Source: Paramecium tetraurelia (lineage: Eukaryota). Taken from it: DNA of 64,000 bases. Location of the stretch: the NCBI GenBank assembly GCA_000165425.1, contig CT868005.1, positions 62,001 to 126,000 of the forward strand. The letters are read 5' to 3'. Positions 28,688 through 41,539 of this stretch are shown here, one piece after another. The notes beneath the pieces were generated by a model. It ran no database searches, was not told the DNA's origin, and was given only the letters and a program-made list of their open reading frames with translations. The position numbers were made by a program, and so were the translations under genes. The first letter of the stretch is position 1. Each line of letters starts with the position of its first letter.

Positions 28688-31600
28688 ATGATAATATTTA
28701 TCTTAATAATGAATACGATGGGCGCTTTTCCTTAATTTAGTTTCACAAAAGAATAAGCAATTTCATTGTACCCAACAGAAGGAGAGTTTTTTGAATACTA
28801 TATTGATACTACGGTATTAGATTAATAATTAATATGCAAAATTGATCCTTAAGTCCCAAATGTATAAATAATGAACTTATGCGAAGAAATATACTAATTA
28901 TAAGGGAATTGTAAAATACTAAGAATATTATTGTAGAATATATCTCAATGTCGTCAAATAATACTCATTTTGTCACTTTATCATATAAAAATGAAGTAAT
29001 TATATATCAATGGAAGGATTAATTAATTTAATAAATTGGGGAATCAGTGAAAATTGATTCTTCATTTAATTGCTTTAACATCAATTTGTCTTACGATTTT
29101 TAAATTTTGATTGATTGCTATTAGAATAATCAATTGCTTTTTATTCAAATAGTAGATGCGTAATCAATAATTGCTTATTCAATATAATAATCTTTGCCTT
29201 TTTCAACTAAAATATAATCTATTATTAATGGAACAAATGCTTTTATAGTATACGCTTAATATTTTGAAAATCATTCGATGCTTTCACTTTTTTCATCATA
29301 ATTTGTAAATGAAAGTAGCTTAACAAATTAATTTGTAGATTTTGATATTCCACTTACAATAAGTCCCAATATTTATGCAATTACTAACCAATATTTATAC
29401 TAATTAACCGTATCTTAAGATTCTCAATTTTATTTAAAAAATTAATTTAGCTAGGATAATATGAATACCTTTACTTGTATTAATGTTTATTACGATTTAT
29501 AGATTTTTTCTTAATGTGATCAAATATTATTGATGTATACTTTACCTTATGAAGAAATTTGCATTATTTCACTATTAGGATGTGAAAATGAATTAGTGAT
29601 TATAGATTAGTATTGTTAATTTGTCTTTGAGTCCATTTCAAAGATACTATAAAATAACCAATTTATTATATATTAATTATATGATACAATATCAATTTAA
29701 GAAAAATAGTCAAATGGAGTAGTTTCATATGATCTAAATCACTAAAGTAATTCCCTATTATATTTCAATTCTGATAATGAATTATTTGTGTTTAATTCCT
29801 AGATCATTGCTTATAAAATTTCATTTCCTTCCTTATAAGTCAATTTAACTAACTAAGAAAATGCAGGAAATAATTATACTTTTTTACTTAAATGTCAGAA
29901 TAAGGGATAATTCACCTTCTCCAAGGTGTATCTTCAAGTATTAGCTTAGAATGATACAAATGTATATGTAATGTTTAATTAATATCTTCCTTAAAATTAA
30001 ACTTCATTGAATCTTAAAATTACAAATTTTTTTGTTAGTTTTTCAGGGTAATTATTATAGTATCAACAAAATCCAGCTGGAATACCTTTAAATTTTACAT
30101 TAATGGCTCAACAATAAGCTGGAGAACTTTATTAAAGTTATTTAATAGTTCAATCATTGTCAATGTCGTTAAATTTTTCTNNNNNNNNNNNNNNNNNNNN
30201 NNNNNNNNNNNNNNNNNNNNNNNNNNNNNNNNNNNNNNNNNNNNNNNNNNNNNNNNNNNNNNNNNNNNNNNNNNNNNNNNNNNNNNNNNNNNNNNNNNNN
30301 NNNNNNNNNNNNNNNNNNNNNNNNNNNNNNAAGTTGGATAATAAGCATATATCCTTTAATAATATAAAGTTGCATAGAGTGCTAATAATTCAATCTATCT
30401 ATATTAATGCCACTATGAGAATAATCATATAATTAATTATTCAAATAATACTTTTCAATAATAATTCTCAGATTTTTTAGGTTACTTCTAATAATATTAT
30501 AATTTTATTTCCAAATAAAGAAATTTAAATAATGACGCTTCAATTTACGAATATCTTCACTTTAAATTAACAATTAATTAGTAGATTTTTCAGAAATATT
30601 CAATTCAATCCAATATAAATTGTTATGAATACAGAACTATAATCTTCTTTGTTATATATCAACAATAGACATTAGGTTATCAGAATTTCGATTAATTAAA
30701 ATAATATACCAATACCAATTTCCTTGATTCAAGCTAATTTCACAATCTAATAGATAAATTTAATAAATCATTAGTTAATATTATCATATCTATGTAATGA
30801 TAGTCAAAATCTTTGCTTTTCAGTTTGGAATGTGTAAAATTTGCAAAAATCCTATCATGTAAAGAATCTTTATAGTTTGAATATTGATAATGTAATAAAA
30901 ATATCATCTGATAGCATATTCCTATATGTTACTTTTAGTAATTACACTGTTTATGCTTATAATCCTTCCTTACCATACCATTAGAGTTTGTATTATATGC
31001 TAAATTTTTCTTCACCAATTCTATGTAGTTAGGCAATTACAAGTTATTATATTTATTAGCCTCAATACTAATATTTATATTCAATGGTGCTGCTTTCAAA
31101 CAATTCGATTTATCAGCTTTATAAATTTTAAAAGTATGAGACATCTGTGGAACTATAAGATTAAGTATTTAACTATTCAATAAGTTACCCATAATATATT
31201 TATAACTATACTGTAACTTCAGCATTAAATGACAAAGCCTTTTAGTAGACTCCTAATTAAAGTATTATTATATATTCAAACTTCACAGTTTTTTTAAATT
31301 AAAGGAATTTATCAGTAAGCTTAAGTTTTGATAATATTATTCCTGGATCCAAAAATTTCTCATATCCAATGAATTTAATTCTTGATAGACAGGTTGGATA
31401 TTGCGGATCTGCCAATCTTACGTCAGCATATGACTTTAACAAATATTGCAGTTTAACTTAATAATACTTTCAGTAGTCTAGCAGTATTCCCAATTTGAGC
31501 AATTTCTCCTTAGTTACTTCAATAAATAACTAATGTTTTGCTTTACAGAATAACTCGCACCTATAAATTGTAAATAGTGGCTTAAAATAAATCTCAAATT

Positions 31601-32790
31601 TTAATTATTCAAATCTGAAACAAAAGGAATGTTTGAAATCAACATCAAATGATTACACATTATATTCGATTTGTGAAAATAGTACTTCGTAGTATTTGCT
31701 TAATTTTACTTTAAATTGTGAGGGCAATATCGTTTTAGTTGATACTATTTAACTTCCCCAAAGGTTTTAAAATATTTAAAAAATAAGCACTCTTTTAAAC
31801 TAAATATTTATTTTAGGTACCTTCGAAAATTCTTTATAATAATTGTATTGGTTCAACTAATCTTTCAACATTATATTGGAGATAGATAACACGAATGAAT
31901 TTGCAGAAGAACTCTTTCTATGTAACGATTTCTCTATTGTCTAAATAACACAACGGATTTAAAATCCTGTACCTTAAAAAATAATATTCTTCTATGCTTA
32001 AGCTTATTAAATATTTGGTAGAGTTATGCTAATTGACGATTCAGAAATCAAAATACAAGATTCAGCTTCTGTTCTAATTTATTATTGCGATTAATAGTAG
32101 GTTTGTTATGAGCCATTAATAACTTACTCTTTGGTTTTAGTTATATAAACATATACTCAAAGTCTAACGATGCTTGTGGGTAATATTTATTTTAGTTCCG
32201 TAGTAGAAATAAGAATAAAATAGTTTTAAAAGTCTAGCTATTAACCTTATGAAGGAATTGCCATCAGAACTATTCCTAATTATGGCAATTCAAGTAATAA
32301 TGGAATTTCTTTTTATTAGAATGGGGTGTTGACTCAACAATTTCAATATAATAAAACAAACATAATTGGAGTTTATTATTTGAATCATCTCTTAGATAGA
32401 AATTTATTAGAACCCATTTTGATGTAAGGTTCATTCAATACTCCAATAACAGATTATGCAATGATTGTCAATTAATAATATCAATATGGAACATCCTTAT
32501 ACTTTTATAATAAATCTATATATAATTACTCAATAGGTACCTGGATTGTAAAATTTGTCTTTGCTAATACACGATAAAATTATTTGGATATTTCTATATT
32601 TTGCTTAAACGAATTTTAAAATGGTACTTACAACATTAAATTTTATCTGCCTCCATAATTTCATTTTAACTTTGGTCCATCGGTTTATGTTCTATTTTCA
32701 TTGATTTTTTTACTGCTATTATATTTTTATCTTAAAATTATACGCAAGACAAAGAATTCTGGGTATATATTTTCAGAAGTTGAATTATGA
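28688..32790 (+). CDS. Large type I membrane protein (signal peptide, long beta-rich ectodomain, C-terminal TM helix); spans an assembly gap
   Basis: MIIFILIMNTMGAFPQFSFTKEQAISLYPTEGEFFEYYI...; C-terminal SVYVLFSLIFLLLLYFYLKIIRKTKNSGYIFSEVEL*. Confidence 0.8.
30181..30330. other. Assembly gap (150 N)
   Basis: Run of N characters. Confidence 1.
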
Positions 32791-33863
32791 TTATATAAAA
32801 GGTTGCATTTCAATAAATTTCAATATCATTCAATTTCGCTTTTCGTTATTAGGGATAAGATTAATGTCAATGATCTTAACTCAGGCAAATGACAGAAATA
32901 TAATCTTTTTATAAAATTGAGGAAAATGTTTGTTTAACGTTTGCTTTGTACATATTTTTAGTCATTATATTGTATGATAAGAAATTAGAAATTTCTTATT
33001 TTATAAAATAATTCACACCTAGTTTCTTCAGGAAATGTAAATTAAAATTAGATCATAAATTTTAAGAATTTCTTCCTTATTACTAAATTAGTCTTATTTA
33101 TAAATTTAAATTATAATTTAATTATGATTTATTATTTCAGATTATCTTTTCATTAAAATTATTGAATAACCCAAGTATTGATAATGCTTGTGCACTAAGT
33201 CATTTCACTTTTGATATGAATTATAATAATATATGATAAATAAGGTAATTGCAATAACTCAAATATGTATGCTATTTATGTCAAGTCTTAAAAATTTGAT
33301 TAGAAAACATACTATTATTCTAATTTTAATTTTGATTATGATTGTTAAAGTTCTAATAAAACATATATAAAAATTATTATAAACTTATTTTTGAAATTAT
33401 AACTCTATAAATAATAGTAATTTTACTTATGACCTTACAAGAATATTAGACTAGATTAAGTTGAATAGCTGAAATGAGAATGATAAATTTTAAGAATAAG
33501 CAGATTATACATGAAATGTTGATAATTATCGATTATTATCATGAAATCGAAGTTTGATGCAATCATAATTTAATTTAATTTAGAGAACTTCAAAATGACA
33601 AAGTAGGAGACGATCTTAATTTTAAGATTCGCAAGATGATTCTGATTATATTAAAATGATCATGATCAATATTAAGTAAGTTGATGAGTTATTGAAATAG
33701 AAAACGATTAATTTAATTAGCTTCAAGGTTTAGGTAGTATTAACGAATTCGAGATATGATTTCGAAAAAGGTTCAAGAGAGAGCGAGAATAGATATGTTG
33801 AGTAGAGGGACTTCTTATGATTATTTTGTTCAGATATTTAACATAAATATATTTTTATTCAAA

Positions 33864-34326
33864 ATGTACATGAGATCTATTTTCAAATTGAGATAAGCCT
33901 TTTCAGGTATATATTTAATGTGAGTGACTAAGTCTTAACTAAATACACTAAGGATCATGAATGGATTAAATATGACACACAAACAAAGATTGCTAAAATT
34001 GGAATTACAGATTATGCATAAAACGAATTAGGAGATATAGTTCATGTAGATTTCTAAAAAGTGGGCTTGCTATTCAAAACACACTAATCATTGGGAGCAA
34101 TCGAAAGTGTCAAAGTTGCTGCTGACATCTATGCTCCTGTTGCTGGTGAAATTGTTGGAGTAATCAACTTGTTTATAATTAGATTAATGAAGATTTAAAG
34201 GACTCTCCAAATTTGATAAATGAGAAGGCTGAAGAAACATGGATTTTGTAAGCAAAAGTGTAAAATGAATCAGAATTAGATACATTATTGGATAAATAAT
34301 CATATGAGAAAATCATTAACAAATGA
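33864..34326 (+). CDS. GCSH: Glycine cleavage system H protein, mitochondrial
   Basis: KYTKDHEWI...AKIGITDYAQNELGDIVHV...GAIESVKVAADIYAPVAGEIV (lipoyl-Lys motif); basic N-terminal presequence; 2 introns. Confidence 0.96.
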
Positions 34327-34420
34327 GAATATTATTATTAAAAATACATCATTATTTAACATAAGAATTCTATATTCATTTGTAATATTTGTAATATGTC
34401 AATCACATAAAATTATAAAT

Positions 34421-36071
34421 TCAAAATATTATACCAAGATGACTTTATCTGATCCATCCACAACAATTAATCACCCTCTCATAATCCACAATTGGTTATT
34501 CCACAAAATATTAAATATTTCTTGGTTCGAAATTATGCTGTTCTTCATTTATTTTCTCTTAGTTATCTAAAATGGCTTCAATCAATAATTCATCTTCTGT
34601 TAATTATTTTCCTTCCATCCTTACCAGATAGTAATTCTCCTCAATTTCAGGAAGCTAGCAAATTCCTTTCTTAATTAACTATTATAATAGTTGAATGTAT
34701 TTACTTCTTCAATTCTTTCCAAATCAAGTTGGAAGTGCGTCTAATGTAATTTTTTATAAAATTCTATTGCTTGAAAGTACTTCTTTGCTCTTAATAATTT
34801 CTTCACAAATTCTATTAGAACTTCTTTCTCTGCCAAATTCTTAATGATTTCATTAACTATATTGTCTTATTCAGGGGTAAACTCTATTTACAATAACTTC
34901 AAAATATCGTTTTAATCTATCATTTGCTTGATGAAATATTTTAAAGCTTATTCTTCTTTCAATTCTGTGACATAAACATACGCTTACAAAGATCGTTTAG
35001 ATGCAATCAATAATTTTATTATAATGTCGCTGTTACTTAAAGAACTCCAATTTATTTTACTGGCTAATAGTAACTCATAAGCATTCTATTCTTAATGCAA
35101 TTCCATTAATTCTTCAATTACTAATAATTTCCAATTCTCAATTTCAAAATAATATAACATCATGAGTTTGACAATATTAGGCAATTATTTTTCTTGATCT
35201 GTGTCCATTAAGAATAGTGCCTTATAAAGTTGAGCATATTTCCCTCTTACCATTTCTGATTCTTGGATCTCTTATTCTTGGCTTAATTAAGAAAATTAAA
35301 TGTATGTTATGATTAATTCTTACTAATAAATTGTTAACTGCGACATCAATCTTAATAGTTATTTTTCAGACTTCTCTTTCAACATCTATTGTAATTCTAT
35401 CTTACAAAGAATCACCTTCTTCAATAACTTATATTGAGGTGCATTCAAAAAGTCATAAATCATTCTCCAATTATGTATATAATATTCTTAGTGTCTCAAA
35501 ACACAATTTATGTCATTTATTCTGCTAAATTTCTATTTTAATATTTCAAGGTCTTTTTATACAATATGAGAAAGAGACAATTACTTGACTTCCTTTTTCT
35601 TTCGATCTATTTTCAAATGTATTTCATACTTAATACTGAGTTAAAGAGTTTCACTATGCGATTTGATATTTATTATAAACATAGATTCTACTCTATCATC
35701 AAATTCAATAATTCAGTCTGCATATTATATATCACATAAGCCACATCATCAAGTGTCTTCAAATAGTAATAACCATTTAATGGTGATTAATCCCGCCTAT
35801 ACACCAATTTTATCAGAATGTCCAAACCAATCTCATATTTAAGCATAGTAAATAGTAGTTTCTATCTTTCCTTTTGATACTATTATGATGATATCACTTC
35901 AGGATTGATGTTCAATTGAATTGCGATCTTATCCAAAACATCTGGCAGAATCATAAAGTTCATATCAAAAAAGTAATGGTCTTGATTGGATAACAGAGCA
36001 TGCTCCTCTGCTTTTGATAAATTAAAGTTCCATTCATGTTATAAATTATTTTAAGGGATTTCTTAATCCAT
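34421..36071 (-). CDS. Helical protein with a putative ELYS-like domain
   Basis: Intact ~533-aa ORF with 2 introns; RGKYAQLYKALFLMD...LLIASKRSLQAYVYV...LLQIEFTPEQDNIV...KKYFQAIEFY resembles the ELYS domain pattern (by eye only). Confidence 0.65.
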
Positions 36072-36261
36072 TTTATTATTTAATATTTTAATTATTTAAA
36101 GACTCAATTATAATTATTAGTAATCATAAATGTGAACTAATAGATAATTGTAAGCTTATGTATGATAATATTTGAATTACAAAATACAGATTAAAGTTTA
36201 AGATAAATATTAAACTATGTAAGTCAAAAAATAATTATTTGAATAAACAATTAAATATCTA

Positions 36262-37434
36262 TCATTCTTTTCTTTTAAACATAGCTACAAAAAATCCATC
36301 ACTTTCTTTTGGAGGAACACGAACATAATGTTAATTATTATCGACTCCACGATATGGCCATTCTGGAAATAAATTTACAGATTCCCATTTTTAATGATGT
36401 GCCAAAAAGTTATTAGCAACATCTTCATTCTCTTCTTTATATATAGAGCAAGTTGAATAGATGATCAACTTTAATTTCTTAAAAAATGTTAAGTGATGTA
36501 ACATTTTTTGTTGAAATTATGATAATTAAGTGACCTATTCATTTTTATTTTCTGGAACCTAAATAGAGTCATCTTTTGAAGCTTCTATCATTCTTAATTA
36601 GAGCATGCCACTGCCTGAACAAGATGGATCCAAAAGGGCTATTTTAACGTTTGGATAATCTTAGGGTTTAATTGTTAAGAAATCAAAATTTAATGGTTCA
36701 ACATTATCACAATTATATTTGTTTAATCTATTTTTCAATATTTCAAATCTCTTTTCATCTCTTTCAATTGCATATATTTTACCAGTAATATTATTTTGTT
36801 TAGCATAATGTGAAAGTTATATTGTTTTATTACCTGGAGCTGCACAACAATCAATAATATCAGCTATTTTATCTTTTATGTTCCTTAACAACAAATAAGC
36901 TGGCAATGCACTAGATTTGCTTTGAACTATGTATGTGTTTCCTTTTAAAAACTCAGGGTTTTTAGATAGGTACTGTGAATAAATGTCATAATCCACTTTG
37001 CATAAATTTGGTATGTGCTCATCTGGATCAGATTCAAATGGTAATTGCTATAAGGCTCTGATATATATGTATTTTTTCTCTTATTCATAGATCTTGTTTT
37101 ATTCAAGCAATTATTTTATTAGTACTTTGTGAGTTTTCAGATATCTTGCAACTACTCCTCCCATTTTTTTAGCTTTTTTGTTTTATGGATTAAATATATC
37201 AAGCATCAAAACAATTAGCAAATTATAATCAAATATGTCGATATATTGAATGGACTTAATTTCCTCCACAATTTAATATAATTAGTCGTAATATTGAATA
37301 GCCTTACTGATGATTGCATAAGCCTATCTAACAAATGACTGATTGGAGGAGCTCTTCAATATTATTGATTTCAAAGTACTTTTTCTATCAAGACATTATT
37401 GCAATAGTGCTGCAATTTATGAATATTTTTGCAT
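36262..37434 (-). CDS. NSUN5: rRNA cytosine-C5 methyltransferase NSUN5/Rcm1
   Basis: IVQSKSSALPA, IIDCCAAPGNKT, LLDPSCSGSGM, IIYSTCSIYKEENEDV, DGFFVAMF; intronless, 390 aa. Confidence 0.92.
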
Positions 37435-37470
37435 AATTAATATTTAACATATAATTTTTTAATTGAATAC

Positions 37471-38173
37471 TCATTATTTAGCAGCATTTGACAATACTCC
37501 TCTGAAGATTTTAGATCCACCAAAATTAAGTACCTAAATAGTGTTGCCATTATACAGGTGATTATTATTTGCTCGCCCTTTTCCTTTCATTTCTTTATTA
37601 GCTTTTTACAGGCTTATGCTCCATAGATGAGGATCTTTTATCTTAAGGAGTTGGTGGCAAATTCACAGGATTTGGCACAGGAGTAATAAATTAACCAAGT
37701 TGTTATGTTTTTTTTCTTGTTTAATTCTCTGATCTTTTTGCTTTCTCTTTGTTCTCCTTATTATTTATGATATGAACATACTTTTTATACTCTTATATCA
37801 CTTTCTTTTAGAGCAACTAACAAAAAGTTTTTGTAAATTAAGGATTCTCGAACTGATTTGATTGAGGTCAAATTTTGGAAATAGGAATCAAGAAGTTATC
37901 TTCTTTGTTCAATAAGTTAAGTATTAGAGTTGACAGATTTCCACCAATAAGATTTTGGGAAGACAGGCAATTCAGTTTTTAATGTTTGAAGGGTTTCATG
38001 AAATCTTTTGAGTTCTGAATATCTGTAGTCATTTTCGAATCCTGAATTTGATTTTTAGTTTTGAAAACTGATTTGATAAGATTGATATCTTACTAAATTC
38101 GATATTAGACTGAATCCTCATTTTTCTTGAATTCTGGGACTGTAATGAGGATGTCTATTTCATTATCTAACAT
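37471..38173 (-). CDS. PX (Phox) domain protein
   Basis: ILITVPEF...VQYRI...YRYSELKRFHETL...LPVFPKSYWW...LIEQRRQLLDSYFQNL; one intron. Confidence 0.85.
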
Positions 38174-38368
38174 AAACCTATTGTTTAAAATCACAATATA
38201 TAAAATTTAATTTGTTTAATTCAATTGTAAAATCTATTTTGAAATTCAACAAATGTAAATTTATTATTCAGACTTTTATATAGATAATTATTCATTTCCA
38301 TATAAATATTGAGAAATTAAGAACTAATAAGTAGTTTGAGTATTATAATTTATAAACAAAATTGTGAT

Positions 38369-39318
38369 TCATTTTTAATTTTTTTAATTAGATTCTTCTT
38401 GTTATTATTATAATAACTATTTTAAAAATTTAACTTCCTCTTTTAAACTATTTTTTTACTACTTCCACAGAGTTTCCTTGGTTTGGTATGAAGTTAAAAT
38501 CTTTGTGGTTTTTAAATATAATTCTTAGAGAAGGTTGCTATAATTCGGTTAGAGTGATTATGACATCCTTTTGTTTTACGCTGAATGCAATTTATTTTCG
38601 CTTACTTTTATTTCTTCTTGATTTCGATCAGTACCGTTCTCTAATATAAATTAATCTCATACGTCTTTTATGGCTTTGTTGTTGTATATACTATCGTAAG
38701 ACTTCGTTTAATGATCCAAATACATTCTTATGAGTTTATTTTTGATGAGTGCTAGTAAAAAAGCCTGAAGGATAAATGTAATGATATACCTGATCCAATT
38801 TTATTGATATTGTTTGGACTCTTTTAAAGACTTTTCGATGTAGTAACTTTTTTTTATTAAGCATTATCATCATCTTAAACAATATCGCCTAGTTGCGGAG
38901 GTCTTTTTTTTTTATAATCAATTTTTGCACTCTATTCTTTTTAAGGTGCATTCGTTTAAGGTTAAAGCAGTTAATTTAATGAATCTCCATTTCTTTTTAT
39001 GGTATTTTCTTTTACATTTTGATTTTATTTTAAAACATTAATTAACTCATTTTTCACATTTCCTTAAGGTTTGCCATTTACTGACCCTTTACTTATACTA
39101 TGTCTTAAAAGGGATTCTATTCCTTCTTGAGGACTCATAAATTTTTATTTTAGCCTATTGTTGATGCCATCTTATTGACAACTACTCTAACACTACTAGG
39201 ATTTCTAATTGCTTTTAGAGTCTGAGTGCTCCTGATTGCGGATTTCGTGAGGGTGAATGGGTGAATTAACAGATAATAGTTTCTGTAAAGCTGTTATTGC
39301 TTTAGGTGTTATTTACAT
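38369..39318 (-). CDS. Hypothetical protein with a C-terminal coiled coil
   Basis: Intact frame with 2 introns, MQITPKAITALQKLL...ELYLKTTKILTSYQTKETLWKQQKNSLKEEVKFLKQLL. Confidence 0.72.
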
Positions 39319-39669
39319 AAATAAATATTATTTCCTATATTAGAATAAAATTAAAACAAATAATAACGAATAATATTATAATTAAAATTTATATATAAAT
39401 ATCCTTTATAATTATCTGCTTATCTGGCTTAGTCAATTTTTTGTTTAACCGAATGATTATACCTACATCCATTGTTATTATTAACTTGATTGAATTTACT
39501 ACTCAAATTAACTAAATGAGAAAATATTATATAAAAATATTTTTAGCATATTATGTTGCACTCAAAATCTGAAGATATAAACTTCAGTGAAACTTATAGC
39601 AAATCAAATACAAATTTCCTTAAATCAAATATATTTAATTATCACACTTTAAATATAGAAATTATACAA

Positions 39670-41129
39670 TCACATCAATAAATATTTACATAATATTTTG
39701 GTACTTCAAATTAGATGTCAAATAATAGAGTTTTATCCACTACATACTTTTTGTCTCTCTTTGGGGATTGAAATACCAATTAGTTAGCATATTTCACAAC
39801 AACTTGTTTAGAATCATTCTCATATTAAGAGCCATCTGCCTAAGGTTAAGCTTTTACATACAATTTTAATATACCTATAATCTCGCTTTTATTCTCCTCC
39901 AAATTGGAATTGTTTAATTAATCATTTTGTTATTATAAGGAACTATCTTCATTATTAATTTATTTGACTTCAAATTCTTATTTTACATCTATATCACCAT
40001 CCTATTGTTATTATCCTAAATTAGAATGAGTTTCAGATTATGGAATATCAGATTAAATCTATTCATTATGTTATTGTTATTATTATTGATTATCCAAACC
40101 AGCTACAGTACTGTTGTCTTGAACAATTTATTACTTTTATATTTCAACTTAATTGATTATTTATTGTTATTCAAAATTAGAAATTTCTTCATTTTAATAC
40201 TAGAAGTCTGGTTTGCAATTTAATTTAGATTCGCTAACTATGAATGATATATAAAATAAAGTACTTTATGTATTCGATAAACTTTAAGATTTATCAATGG
40301 AATGTTCTTGTGGATCATTAATATTTTCCAATTGGATTTATTATTTGAACTCCGCTTATAAATTCTCTTAATTGTTTATCAAAATATCCTAATTTTCAAT
40401 TTATTAAAATTAATTTGATTCATTACTAAGTTATTATTAGAAGTCTTCATTTTTTGTCACTTCCTTGGATTCATCACTATCTAAGGATTTAATCAATTGA
40501 GAAAAGTTAAAAGAATGCATAGCTCCAGAGGCAAATTCACATCCTATAGCTCCTGGTCCGCCCCAATTATACTTTGGGTCTAACACTACAACTCTGGGTG
40601 ACATTTTAGTTAATGGTGAAAATATGCAGAGCTTAATCATGGGATATAATGATTACTTCAATTGATTATTTCGAATATGCCTATCCTGTTACGATATCTG
40701 AGAATTCATCAATAGTTTGATACCGATGAGATTTGACTCCTAGGAGATAATCTTAATTGCTTTTGAGCCCACTTGATTCTGCAGGACTACCTTTCAATAC
40801 TTTGGTGATGTGGAGAATCAATGGATTTATAGATTCGTATCTGATCAAAAGACCCAAATTCATTGTGGATCGCGGCTCTGAGATGTAGATTTTTCTGGTC
40901 TCCAATGAAAAGATATTAAAAATAGACAACTCAATGGGTTCATCACTTTCCAACAATTTGATAGCGTTCACTTGGGAATCAGACTTGATTTGGATGATAT
41001 AATCTAGAAAGATTTCCAAATCTAACATAATGTGAGAGCAATACTGAGGTTGGATCCAAAGGAATTGGGTTCTATGGATATGATTCTGTATCCATAGCCA
41101 TTTCCAATTTACGTGGAATTATTGCCCAT
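39670..41129 (-). CDS. GORASP: Golgi reassembly-stacking protein GRASP55/65
   Basis: Myristoylation-type MGNNST; YGYRIISIEPNS; LHITKVLKGSPAESSGLKSNQDYLLG; PKYNWGGPGAIGCEFASGAMH (tandem PDZ-like GRASP domain); long Gln-rich tail. Confidence 0.9.
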
Positions 41130-41136
41130 TTATAAT

Positions 41137-41155
41137 AATATATATATATATATAT
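41137..41155. repeat. (AT)n microsatellite filling most of a 29-nt intergenic spacer
   Basis: atatatatatatatatat between the Tctex-1 stop and the GRASP ATG. Confidence 0.85.
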
Positions 41156-41158
41156 GTG

Positions 41159-41503
41159 TCATAGGGCACAAGCAAATACATTAACTATGCCTATAATTGC
41201 TTCAGTTTCATGTTTTATGGTGAGTGATCCATCAGTATCGTTATCCCAAAAGCAGGACCCTGAAATGTTGAGACCACACTCAGCCTTCTACATTAGGAGA
41301 CAGTTAACAATGAATTTGAAATTTTTGTTTTGAGTTGTTAAATGTTTCAAAATTGAATCACAGATTTTATTGCTCTTAAGCTAGGCATCATTGTGATCAT
41401 AGGTTATTTTATCCAATTCTTTTTACAATGTGGATTAAACAAACTTCTAGACATCATTTTTTAGAGGACCATTGAAACTAGTTACGATTGCTAATGAATC
41501 CAT
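41159..41503 (-). CDS. DYNLT1: Dynein light chain Tctex-1 family
   Basis: NKNFKFIVNCLLMQKAECGLNISGSCFWDNDTDGSLTIKHETEAIIGIVNVFACAL*; intronless, 114 aa. Confidence 0.93.
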
Positions 41504-41539
41504 TTATATATTTTTAATTTAAATTATATTAATATATAA

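Noticed and set aside
30157..30432. ORFs containing long X runs
   Set aside because: Artefact of the 150-N assembly gap.
32800..33850. Long TGA-free minus-strand frame (~33843-33148) and purine-rich plus-strand tract
   Set aside because: No suitable ATG or recognisable motif; TGA-free stretches are common by chance in code 6; at most a degenerate remnant.
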